From the IMG/VR virus record IMGVR_UViG_3300020204_000082, positions 1-55,675 of that record: a stretch of 55,675 bases of DNA; one strand, given 5' to 3'. Numbering within the stretch: position 1 is the stretch's first letter; the number at the start of each line of letters is the position of its first letter. The DNA comes from a virus. Its lineage: Duplodnaviria; Caudoviricetes. A program made the position numbers and the translations under genes. Below are positions 16,732-25,310 of this stretch, one piece after another. A model generated the notes under the pieces. That model searched no databases and was not told the DNA's origin. It saw nothing but the letters and a program-made list of their open reading frames with translations.

Positions 16732-17769
16732 ATTATTTTTTAAAAGATTATCCAATCTCATAAAACTATTTCGTAACCACGAATCTACATTCGCAAAAGC
16801 AGTATATAATTTATCATACATAAACATTTTTTTAAACTCCAATAAATTTAACTTTGGATGATGATTATCTAAAATATCTCTCGTATTTGAAATAACTGAT
16901 GTTGATATTTCAGGTAATTTTAACTGCATCAAATCATAGTTTAATTCTATAGTTTTTACTGATTCTAATAATTTTTTTGATAGTTTATCATCGCAATTTT
17001 CTTTAATTCCGGTAATAAACCCATCGTAATCTAACTCCACATCGTTTAAGAAATCCATTTTACCTAAAATAGTTTTCTTACCAATCCCATTCACACCTTT
17101 AATGTTATCGGATGAATCGCCCATAATTACTCTATACCAAATAAGGTTTTGAGGTATTACACCCCACTCTTCTTTGATAAGGGATTCATCATACATTATT
17201 TTTTTTACAGGCGAATAAACTTTAATCCTATGATTCACCAATTGTAAAAAATCTTTATCGGATGATAATAATATCACCTCATTTTTAAAATAGTGGTTAG
17301 CCATCCAAGCCATCAAATCATCTGCTTCTACATAATCTACTTGTAAAAGAGTTACAGGTAAATTCTGAAGATACTCATACAAACGAATAAATTGCTTACG
17401 CATAGATAATTGTTGGTCCTCTATATCTTCATATCCCTGCAACCTATTCAATCGGGTCAGACCTGTTCTACCACCTTTGTAATCGGAATATACTTTTTTT
17501 CTCCGATGCGAACCACCCTTACCATCAAATACAATGATGACACGGGATGGATTCAAATTTCTAATAGTGGCTGCGGTGGATAACAGGAAACCCGTTATAC
17601 CACCACAGTGCTCACCATCATCGTTGAGTGCAGGGACTGCTCCGAATACTCGGATATACATATTCAATCCATCAATGATAAGAACCCTATCATTTAAGGT
17701 TTGATTCGTAACTTGTTGGTTTTCTTGCCCCAACTTACTCAACATATCTTTGTAATTCTTAATCATCAA
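16714..17769 (-). CDS. 5'-3' exonuclease/flap endonuclease (T4 RNase H-like)
   Basis: IIDGLN, VFDG, YKGGR, EADD, SSDKDFLQL, GDSSDNIKGVNGIG. Confidence 0.92.
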   Translation of the reverse strand: MMIKNYKDMLSKLGQENQQVTNQTLNDRVLIIDGLNMYIRVFGAVPALNDDGEHCGGITGFLLSTAATIRNLNPSRVIIVFDGKGGSHRRKKVYSDYKGGRTGLTRLNRLQGYEDIEDQQLSMRKQFIRLYEYLQNLPVTLLQVDYVEADDLMAWMANHYFKNEVILLSSDKDFLQLVNHRIKVYSPVKKIMYDESLIKEEWGVIPQNLIWYRVIMGDSSDNIKGVNGIGKKTILGKMDFLNDVELDYDGFITGIKENCDDKLSKKLLESVKTIELNYDLMQLKLPEISTSVISNTRDILDNHHPKLNLLEFKKMFMYDKLYTAFANVDSWLRNSFMRLDNLLKNNFEKTN

Positions 17770-18892
17770 AATCAGATAGTTCTATATTATCAACATTTGC
17801 TTCATCGGATGCTTCTTTGTACGAAAGAATGTAAGAATTACAAATTTCGTTGTAGATTTTTTCCCTTACATCAGGACGAGTCTGAAGAATATCGGGAAAA
17901 TTCTTTGCTTGAAACTTTATTTCTTCACCAGTTTCTTTATCTACCCAAGTATACCATGCACCACTTTGATTGGCTAACTTATAGGTTTTCATCATTTCTA
18001 ACCAAGAACCTAAATTATCAATACCACTATCAAAGTAAATATCATAATCAACTGAGCGGAGTGGTGGGCCCATTCGGTTTTTAATAACCTGTGCTCGGGT
18101 TTTAATACCAATCACCTGTTCTACACCACCAACCTTTGCTTTCAACTGACCCATTTGTTTCAAACGAATTCTACAACTTGAATGGAATGCGATTGCTTTA
18201 CCACCGGAGGTTGTCCACGGGTCGCCAAAACTTACCCCCATCCTCGTCCTTAACTGATTTGTAAAAATAAGAGTGATTCTTTCTCTACCAATTAAGTTGG
18301 TGATTTTACGCATTGCTTTTGAAATGATAATTGCTTTTTGAGTTGCATACCCCGCCTGGTCATAATCAGCTGAAATCTCAACCTTTGTTGATGCACCTGC
18401 TACGGAATCCACTACAATTGTAACCAATTTCTTTTTATCGGATTTTCTTACCGAATCAATAATTGAATCAATTGCTTCAAAAATATCTTCCACCGTCTCC
18501 AATGGAACATACAACATCTTTTTCAAATCAACACCAATCGCTGCCAAAAACTCCTGATTAAGTGCGTTTTCAGTATCAATATACACACCTAATCCACCTC
18601 TCTTTTGCGTATCCGCAATTGAGTGAGCCGCTACTAATGATTTACCACTACCTTCCAACCCCGTAATTTCACAAATTCTTCCAACAGGCAAACCACCATT
18701 TGTTCGGTTTGAAATAGCCAAATCTAACATTTCAGAGCCAGTAGACACCCACTCGTCTAAGTCGGTGGGTGTCTGCTCTGAACCATCTAAATAATAGGCT
18801 ACTTTGTGCTGGGATTTGAACTTCTTGTTAAGATTATCAGCAAGGATGGTAGATAGTTCATCACGAACTATATCCACTTTAGGTTTACTCAT
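17759..18892 (-). CDS. recA: RecA/UvsX recombinase
   Basis: GLEGSGKS, YIDTENA, VVDSVA, FTNQLR, TTSGGKAIAF, KNRMGPP. Confidence 0.93.
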   Translation of the reverse strand: MSKPKVDIVRDELSTILADNLNKKFKSQHKVAYYLDGSEQTPTDLDEWVSTGSEMLDLAISNRTNGGLPVGRICEITGLEGSGKSLVAAHSIADTQKRGGLGVYIDTENALNQEFLAAIGVDLKKMLYVPLETVEDIFEAIDSIIDSVRKSDKKKLVTIVVDSVAGASTKVEISADYDQAGYATQKAIIISKAMRKITNLIGRERITLIFTNQLRTRMGVSFGDPWTTSGGKAIAFHSSCRIRLKQMGQLKAKVGGVEQVIGIKTRAQVIKNRMGPPLRSVDYDIYFDSGIDNLGSWLEMMKTYKLANQSGAWYTWVDKETGEEIKFQAKNFPDILQTRPDVREKIYNEICNSYILSYKEASDEANVDNIELSDFDD

Positions 18893-18897
18893 ACCGA

Positions 18898-19659
18898 TTA
18901 ATCGTTAAAAAGGTCGTCAAATGCTTCTTTTACTGAACTTGCCTTTTGTGTTGTTGGTGTGGATTCTACAACTGCAGGTTGTTCTGCTTTTGCTTCTTCT
19001 TTTACCTCACCCGTTTCCAACCAAACTTCCAACATATTCTTCAATTCATCATAAGTATATCTTTTGAAAATGGTTGATAAATCGGCCTGATTTTTGACCA
19101 ATTGAACAATGTTCTTATCTTCGGTCATAGGTGTGGTATTTGGCTTTACCCTAATGAATGTTTCAGGATAAGATTTACCAACCTCTGCGGCTGATTTGAA
19201 CTCTACAGTAATATCCCTACCACTCATCGGGTCGGTTAAATCACCATAGTCTGGGTCTGCGAAGAACGCAAGGATTTCTTGGTAAACCTGCTTACCAAAG
19301 CCCCAAAATTTAACACCCTCTGATTCTTCGCCTCGTACCAAAATAGGAACATAAGTTCTCATCTTTGGTGTCAATTTTTTAGAGAGATTGTAATCTTCCC
19401 TATCCTTCGTTGCTTTCAATTGTTCTGAAAATTCAACAATAGGGTCTTTCTCACCAAAAGAGACGGGTGATAGAATGGTCTTACCACCAAAATCAAAGTG
19501 GAAATACAATTCAATAAAAGGGTTTTCTTTGTTGTGCACATAAGGCACTAATCGGATTTGCTGCTTACCTGGATTTGGTTTCCATAAGGTATCAGTCTTT
19601 TGTACTTTTGTTTGAAGTGAATTCAAACGGTTTCGGATTGCATTTAAGTCAATTGCCAT
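18898..19659 (-). CDS. Single-stranded DNA-binding protein (gp32-like)
   Basis: LWKP, IRLVP, GVKFWGFGKQVY, YGDLTDP..GRDI, acidic tail AFDDLFND; ATG at 19659. Confidence 0.8.
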   Translation of the reverse strand: MAIDLNAIRNRLNSLQTKVQKTDTLWKPNPGKQQIRLVPYVHNKENPFIELYFHFDFGGKTILSPVSFGEKDPIVEFSEQLKATKDREDYNLSKKLTPKMRTYVPILVRGEESEGVKFWGFGKQVYQEILAFFADPDYGDLTDPMSGRDITVEFKSAAEVGKSYPETFIRVKPNTTPMTEDKNIVQLVKNQADLSTIFKRYTYDELKNMLEVWLETGEVKEEAKAEQPAVVESTPTTQKASSVKEAFDDLFND

Positions 19660-19699
19660 AATTACTCCATTTTTTAATAGGTTAAACAAAAATTATAGT

Positions 19700-19733
19700 C
19701 ACTAATATACAACATTTAGTTGACAATTCCAAA
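19700..19733 (-). promoter_or_regulatory. Early-type promoter upstream of SSB
   Basis: Sense TTTGGAATTGTCAACTAAATGTTG-TATATTAG. Confidence 0.6.
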
Positions 19734-19765
19734 TGTTTTTTCAAAAAAATTATTTTTTATTTTTT

Positions 19766-20155
19766 TTAATCTAAACTTTCTACTCTATAAATAGTGGTTC
19801 GCATAAATTTAAAACTATCATCATGGGTTAATAATACGCCATTTTTATAATCTTCCCAATTCAACATATAGTTCTTATCTAAAATACCACCATTCAAAGA
19901 TTGAATAAGCCTGTTAAGGGCGTTTATTGTATATAAGGTGTTTGTTTCTCGCTTTCTATGAACCATAATTGTATTTGGTAAAAATTTTGATAATGGGGAT
20001 GGGATGATATTGTAACTAATAACCAACTCTTCTGAATTCTCTAAAGTCAATACGAATATCTTTTTGCTGAAAAGAGTAAATCCAGTTTTTATAGTACCTA
20101 AATCAGAATCGCATTTAGGTTCGGTTGTAAATGTTATTAGTAATTGTGTTTTCAC
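19766..20155 (-). CDS. Hypothetical phage protein
   Basis: 129-aa ORF (VHRKRETNTLYTINALN); function not recognised. Confidence 0.65.
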   Translation of the reverse strand: MKTQLLITFTTEPKCDSDLGTIKTGFTLFSKKIFVLTLENSEELVISYNIIPSPLSKFLPNTIMVHRKRETNTLYTINALNRLIQSLNGGILDKNYMLNWEDYKNGVLLTHDDSFKFMRTTIYRVESLD

Positions 20156-20170
20156 TCATAGCTCCGTAAG

Positions 20171-22375
20171 TTATTTTTTTCGTTTAGTTCTTCGTTTAGC
20201 ATCTACTTTAGATTTAATACATTCTCTCATATCATCACCATATCCACTAGCCACCTTTTGATTACCGCTCCCCGCAGTTCGCCAAGTATCATTAAAAATA
20301 GAATGTGTTCCATTTTCATCCTTAACGACTATAGCACCGGATTCTGAATCTATTGTACACTTTTCTCTCAAATGTTTTTTTAAAGCGTCTCTACCTTCTT
20401 TAGTTGAATAATCACCTTTGAATCCAGTTTGTTCTGCTAAACATTCTCGCATATGTTGTGGTTGAGCACCTCTAATCCCCATTTGAACAATCATTCTACC
20501 ATCACCGCCATCTATATAAGAATCTACGTGCATAGCATCGAATACGCCACCTAGATATGCTTGAGTATTTGGTCCATTTATACCATTCTTTGGATAACCT
20601 TCTTTTTCATCTGCAGATTTAATTTCATTAACAACTTCAGCATGTGCCTCATTTACAACATTCTTTTCATAGTTTTTTACTTCAATACAACTATTAACCG
20701 ATTCATCATTAGAATTAATGTTTTGATATTTTTGCTTAAACTTGCCATTTTGAGTAAGTTCTGCAACTTTAACATAAATCTTACCATATGGGTCATATTT
20801 AGGAGTTTTTCCATTAGCAATCAAATCACGAGAGTGATTCTGCATCTCAACTAATAACTCTTTAGTTGATAGTTTATTCACATCAAAACCTTTACCTTCA
20901 AGATATTTTTTGAATGATTTCTCATTTCTTAATTTATTCATGTATTTTTTCATTTCAGGAGTATCACATACTTCAACAATCGAATCACTAATTTTAATAT
21001 TATTAGCACTTTCAATAGTTGATTTTTTAACATTTGATACTTTTTTAATACCGTTATCAAGTGCAACTGCAACGGTTTTAGCCACCTTTTTACCGAATTT
21101 TTCTAGCATAGCCCCAAACCTTTTCGCGGGTGTGGTATTACCTTGTGTATCATCTAATTCACTACTTTTTTTATTGGATACTGATACAGTAGTTATATTA
21201 CCATCTTTGTCCTCACCAATTACAAATGTATCGTGATATTCTTTATTTTTGTTAAAATGATAAAGTTCCTGTTCATAGTGTTTTATAAGTTTTTTATCAC
21301 CAGCTTTTTTAGCTTCATTTAATTTATTTTCTAATAAAGATATTGTCCTTTCGTTAGTGTCAGTTGTAGATTGTACAGTAGTATGTGGTTTTGATGTATC
21401 TAATTTGGTATCTTCCTCTAAAATTTTTCTTGTGGCTAAAGCACCATCATATGCTGCGCGAGACCATTCTCTACACGCCTCTTCATCCCCCCCAAATCCG
21501 TTTGGTGGTTCTTGATGATAAACCGAACCTTCAATACCTTTCATTCTTTCCAACTCTTTATCTGCAAATATTTCACGAGTTGCAACATATTCATAGGCTT
21601 CATCGGAATTGGAGTCTAATCCTAACGCTTCTAAATCACCCTTTTGCTTTTTATTCCATGGTTTTTTCTTGTTTTTAAACTCTTCTTTTTTAGCATCAAT
21701 AGTTTGTCTATTTTCTTTTTTGAATTTTTCTTCATTATGGGTATTCATCGTATTACAATAACGAGCTTCGCCATACGATGCTACCGCAGTACCTGCCCCA
21801 TGTACCCCCATATCCCTATCTTTTTCAAGTTTTTCCTGCTCATTTTTCATTTCAGATTGATATTTTGAATTTGGAGAACCTGAATTTGATTTTGAATCCT
21901 CACCACTATCCGATTTTTCTTTTTCTACTTTTGCTATATCATCTTTGGTTGCTGGTTCTTGTGTTGTTTTATTAAATTTTTTAACCTGATATACTGAACC
22001 TGATTTTTTATTTTTTACCCAAATATCTTCTTCTAAGCTATCAGATTTTTCCCGCTTCTTTTTCAAGTATGCTTCTTTTTCAGCACCTGTCATCATACCA
22101 AACTTAATAGCATCCAAATCTTTTTCTAATGGATTTTCCTTTTCAGGCTTTTCTTCCTTTTCAGGCTTTTCTTCCGTTGATGGTGTTGGGGATTGCTCTA
22201 ATAAGCTTTTACGATACTCATGTGCAATTTTACTACCATACAATTCTTCTATTACTTGAGTAAGCGCATTTATAGATTTTACACTATGTGGGTTTGTGAG
22301 TTCACCCCTTGCCTCATACCATGCAAGTTGGGCTATTTCATCAAATATTTCACTCTTAAAACTATTATTCTTCAT
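20171..22375 (-). CDS. Large charged hypothetical protein, possibly a virion-packaged internal protein
   Basis: 734 aa, K/E-rich, late motif at 22379-22386, LLE/LEE sites near the N-terminus. Confidence 0.65.
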   Translation of the reverse strand: MKNNSFKSEIFDEIAQLAWYEARGELTNPHSVKSINALTQVIEELYGSKIAHEYRKSLLEQSPTPSTEEKPEKEEKPEKENPLEKDLDAIKFGMMTGAEKEAYLKKKREKSDSLEEDIWVKNKKSGSVYQVKKFNKTTQEPATKDDIAKVEKEKSDSGEDSKSNSGSPNSKYQSEMKNEQEKLEKDRDMGVHGAGTAVASYGEARYCNTMNTHNEEKFKKENRQTIDAKKEEFKNKKKPWNKKQKGDLEALGLDSNSDEAYEYVATREIFADKELERMKGIEGSVYHQEPPNGFGGDEEACREWSRAAYDGALATRKILEEDTKLDTSKPHTTVQSTTDTNERTISLLENKLNEAKKAGDKKLIKHYEQELYHFNKNKEYHDTFVIGEDKDGNITTVSVSNKKSSELDDTQGNTTPAKRFGAMLEKFGKKVAKTVAVALDNGIKKVSNVKKSTIESANNIKISDSIVEVCDTPEMKKYMNKLRNEKSFKKYLEGKGFDVNKLSTKELLVEMQNHSRDLIANGKTPKYDPYGKIYVKVAELTQNGKFKQKYQNINSNDESVNSCIEVKNYEKNVVNEAHAEVVNEIKSADEKEGYPKNGINGPNTQAYLGGVFDAMHVDSYIDGGDGRMIVQMGIRGAQPQHMRECLAEQTGFKGDYSTKEGRDALKKHLREKCTIDSESGAIVVKDENGTHSIFNDTWRTAGSGNQKVASGYGDDMRECIKSKVDAKRRTKRKK

Positions 22376-22392
22376 AAGTATAAATATCTTTA

Positions 22393-23595
22393 TTATATGG
22401 TAAACATATTTTTATAATCATCTCCAACCTCTACTTTTACAGGATACCCACCCCACTCCATAATCTCTTTTACCTTTTTGGGGTATGTATCTATTTCATC
22501 TTCGGATACATCAAATAAGATTGAGTCATAAGTGTACAGTACAGGTACTGATTTATATCCCTTCAGTTCTTTGGAAAGTTTATTTATAATAAGTATGTTT
22601 CTCTCCGTTTCTAGTGCTTGTAAAATATAGTTAAATAGTTTATTTTTGTTCATTTCCGGCAATTTTCTAATAAGCCGTTTAAATATTGGTGTTTTAACTC
22701 CAAACTGAAACAAATACCCATCCCATAACTTATCAATTAATATAGAAACTGATTCGTAAAATGGTATGTGTTTATACTCATCCTGCACCCCACCATAGAG
22801 TTGCCTAAAGGTTATAGGTTTTGCTTGCTCCATAGGTACTCCATACTGTTGACCTAACCAATTGTGAGCGGATATATCCGTTGGGATGGGTTCACCTATC
22901 AAACCACCAATTAACCTAATGTGGTAGCCATCATAATCAAAACTGAACAACTTACCCCCTTCAAATCGGGATATAAACCTACTTCGGGTATCATCCCCCT
23001 TTTTCAATGCAGCATAGTTAGTACCATTGAAAGCGTTGGATGGGCGGGAGGTGGATGTTAAAAAATTATAGTGTGTCATTTCCAACCCATCTTTGGATTG
23101 AAACCCATTTTTTTCTATACTATATAATGAATGTGGATACAGCGTAGAAAAGTTTGTAGGCTCTACATTGGTTGATAAGAACAATTTTTTCCATTTACCA
23201 AACATCTCATAGTGTTTTAGTATAGGTATTAAATCTCCTACCTTTGGTATCCCCCTCCGTCTGAAAACATTGTGTATGGGTAACTCATCTACATTATATT
23301 CTAAACCTAAATGAAATAGGTATGCCTGTAAATCATATAAGTTATCGGTTTTGTGATGATATAAAAACGATTTTAAATCCACTACAAATACCTTCTTAAA
23401 TCTACTCAAGTCTAACTCCCCACCAAATGGTTCTACATCCAAATTCTTATAGTTAATACAACAATCTATCTCCCCATCAGAAATGAATAGGCAAGATAAT
23501 TCCGTTTGAGCAGAGTGTTTGCTCAAAGAACTATATATTGGATACACCAAAACCCTGTCCGTAGACAGGGTGGTTGAGATTTCATTAAAAATCAT
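22393..23595 (-). CDS. Short family A DNA polymerase-like protein
   Basis: TSTSRPS, FDYDGYHIRLI (motif A), AKPITFRQLYG (motif B), NYILQALE, YTYDSILFD (motif C). Confidence 0.8.
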   Translation of the reverse strand: MIFNEISTTLSTDRVLVYPIYSSLSKHSAQTELSCLFISDGEIDCCINYKNLDVEPFGGELDLSRFKKVFVVDLKSFLYHHKTDNLYDLQAYLFHLGLEYNVDELPIHNVFRRRGIPKVGDLIPILKHYEMFGKWKKLFLSTNVEPTNFSTLYPHSLYSIEKNGFQSKDGLEMTHYNFLTSTSRPSNAFNGTNYAALKKGDDTRSRFISRFEGGKLFSFDYDGYHIRLIGGLIGEPIPTDISAHNWLGQQYGVPMEQAKPITFRQLYGGVQDEYKHIPFYESVSILIDKLWDGYLFQFGVKTPIFKRLIRKLPEMNKNKLFNYILQALETERNILIINKLSKELKGYKSVPVLYTYDSILFDVSEDEIDTYPKKVKEIMEWGGYPVKVEVGDDYKNMFTI

Positions 23596-23596
23596 T

Positions 23597-23630
23597 CAAC
23601 AAATATACAAAAGAAATTTGAAATTACAAA
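23597..23630 (-). promoter_or_regulatory. Bacteroidota-type early promoter
   Basis: Sense TTTGTAATTTCAAATTTCTTTTG-TATATTTG. Confidence 0.65.
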
Positions 23631-23785
23631 TATAAAACTTCAATATTGTAACCCGAAACACGATAAACCGAATTAAACAACCCACCTTCGGTTTTTGTTA
23701 CTTTGTAACCAAGCGCTTTCATCCTTCGGGCAAAAAGGAGTTGTGAATAAAATGGGACTTTGAATTTTTTCCAATATTTTTTCAT
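23624..23785 (-). CDS. 53-aa basic hypothetical protein (below the ORF-track cut-off)
   Basis: MKKYWKKFKVPFYSQLLFARRMKALGYKVTKTEGGLFNSVYRVSGYNIEVLYL*; fills the gap and shares the CCCCCACACT-ATG leader with the upstream gene. Confidence 0.6.
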   Translation of the reverse strand: MKKYWKKFKVPFYSQLLFARRMKALGYKVTKTEGGLFNSVYRVSGYNIEVLYL

Positions 23786-23796
23786 AGTGTGGGGGA

Positions 23797-24579
23797 TTAA
23801 TGAATTACTGTAGGGCCGTATTCGGATGTAATCGGGTCAATCCAAATTGATACCGAGTTATTTTTATACACTTTCACACCGGTTGGTGTAACAGTGAATT
23901 TTTTGTTTTTAGTTCGTTGAATCTTACCATTAATCATTGGCATGATGTAGGGGTAGATACCACCAACACGACCAAAATTACTTACAATAACACGAACACT
24001 AATATCATCTTCACCGGCAATTTCAGCATTAAGTTGACACTGAATAGGTTTTCCACAATCGGATTCCTGAACATTAAACCCATTAGAGGTAATAAGTAAT
24101 TCAATAGGTTTACCAATCGGAATAAGATTATGAATTCTATCCATCTCAACTGAAGACCGAATTCGTTCAGCCTCAATTTTGGCTAAGTGAGCGGTATATT
24201 GTGGTAATTGTTTAATAAAATCAGAGTGATTACCCATATTTACATCCAATGCCCAAAGAACATAGTTCCAATCGGTATCGGCCACTTTAGCAATTTCCAT
24301 ACCTTCATATTTACCTTTCCAAAAAATGTGGTCAGGCCGTTGGTCACTACCTGCTACAACAAAGGAGTGGGACATACCCCTTAAACCCTCATCAATAGCC
24401 AAAGTGGGATATTGTTCCTTAACTTTATCTAACGATTTTGATACATTTTTGTGATAGGTATAACACCTGTCAACCCGAGAAATGTGGTAATTTCCGTAGG
24501 AATCCTGCACATATACAGGCCTATCCTCTACACTCCAAAGAGTATAATATTTAGTAGCAAATCCAATAAGTTTCTTCAT
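23797..24579 (-). CDS. Hypothetical early protein with a DUF3820-like motif
   Basis: FWKGKYEGMEIAKVADTDWNYVLW resembles the FGKYKG..I....Y..W module. Confidence 0.6.
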   Translation of the reverse strand: MKKLIGFATKYYTLWSVEDRPVYVQDSYGNYHISRVDRCYTYHKNVSKSLDKVKEQYPTLAIDEGLRGMSHSFVVAGSDQRPDHIFWKGKYEGMEIAKVADTDWNYVLWALDVNMGNHSDFIKQLPQYTAHLAKIEAERIRSSVEMDRIHNLIPIGKPIELLITSNGFNVQESDCGKPIQCQLNAEIAGEDDISVRVIVSNFGRVGGIYPYIMPMINGKIQRTKNKKFTVTPTGVKVYKNNSVSIWIDPITSEYGPTVIH

Positions 24580-24603
24580 AGTGTGGGGGTTAATATCTCA
24601 ATC

Positions 24604-24726
24604 AACTTACAAAGTAAAGATACGAAAGAAACCCCACATTTCCAAGCCTTTTATATTAAATTTAGGTTAAATTTATCCACATTTTGCTCTAAATCCACGA
24701 AATAGTGTCCAATTTAGTGGACACTA
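24604..24726 (-). repeat. Hairpin plus promoter cassette, copy 2
   Basis: Near-identical to 9229-9338; hairpin tagtgtcca-attta-gtggacacta. Confidence 0.9.
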
Positions 24727-25281
24727 CCGGGAGAATTGGGTTAGGTTGGTTAAAAACCTATAAATTTGTGGTATTTTTGTTTGTAAAACTGATATTACCT
24801 TTTTATTTAATTCTATTACTGTACCATCGTTTGTGAATGGCTTTTCAATTTTCCATCTAAATTCTTGTTTAATATACAAAGTATCATCCAATTCTCTAAA
24901 GTTTTTTTCGGAAACCTCATATATGTTTGGGTAATTAAATTGCGAAACAACATAGCGTATCATATAACCACGATTAAAATCTTCTTTAGTTGGTGTGGGT
25001 GTATATGGTATTGGTGTTTTATACTTATCTTTGAAATTATTTGTTGTTAATTTATTGTATTCAAATGGATTCTTATTGTTTATATCACTTAAATCTACAT
25101 AAGGTATTAATGGTTTTGATACACCATCTAAATAAGTTGATTCGGTATATACCTCTCCCGTACTTTTGTATTTATGATATGGGCCGACATACTCACGCCC
25201 ATCTTCAAACATCCATTGTTTTCTAGATGAAATGCCTGGTGTTAAATCACCTGGCACATAATATGATTTTATTCTTGCCAT
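24724..25281 (-). CDS. Hypothetical protein at the end of the baseplate cluster
   Basis: 185-aa ORF continuous with the structural operon. Confidence 0.65.
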   Translation of the reverse strand: MARIKSYYVPGDLTPGISSRKQWMFEDGREYVGPYHKYKSTGEVYTESTYLDGVSKPLIPYVDLSDINNKNPFEYNKLTTNNFKDKYKTPIPYTPTPTKEDFNRGYMIRYVVSQFNYPNIYEVSEKNFRELDDTLYIKQEFRWKIEKPFTNDGTVIELNKKVISVLQTKIPQIYRFLTNLTQFSR

Positions 25282-25310
25282 AATTTATCAAATACTATTA
25301 AAATGAATTA

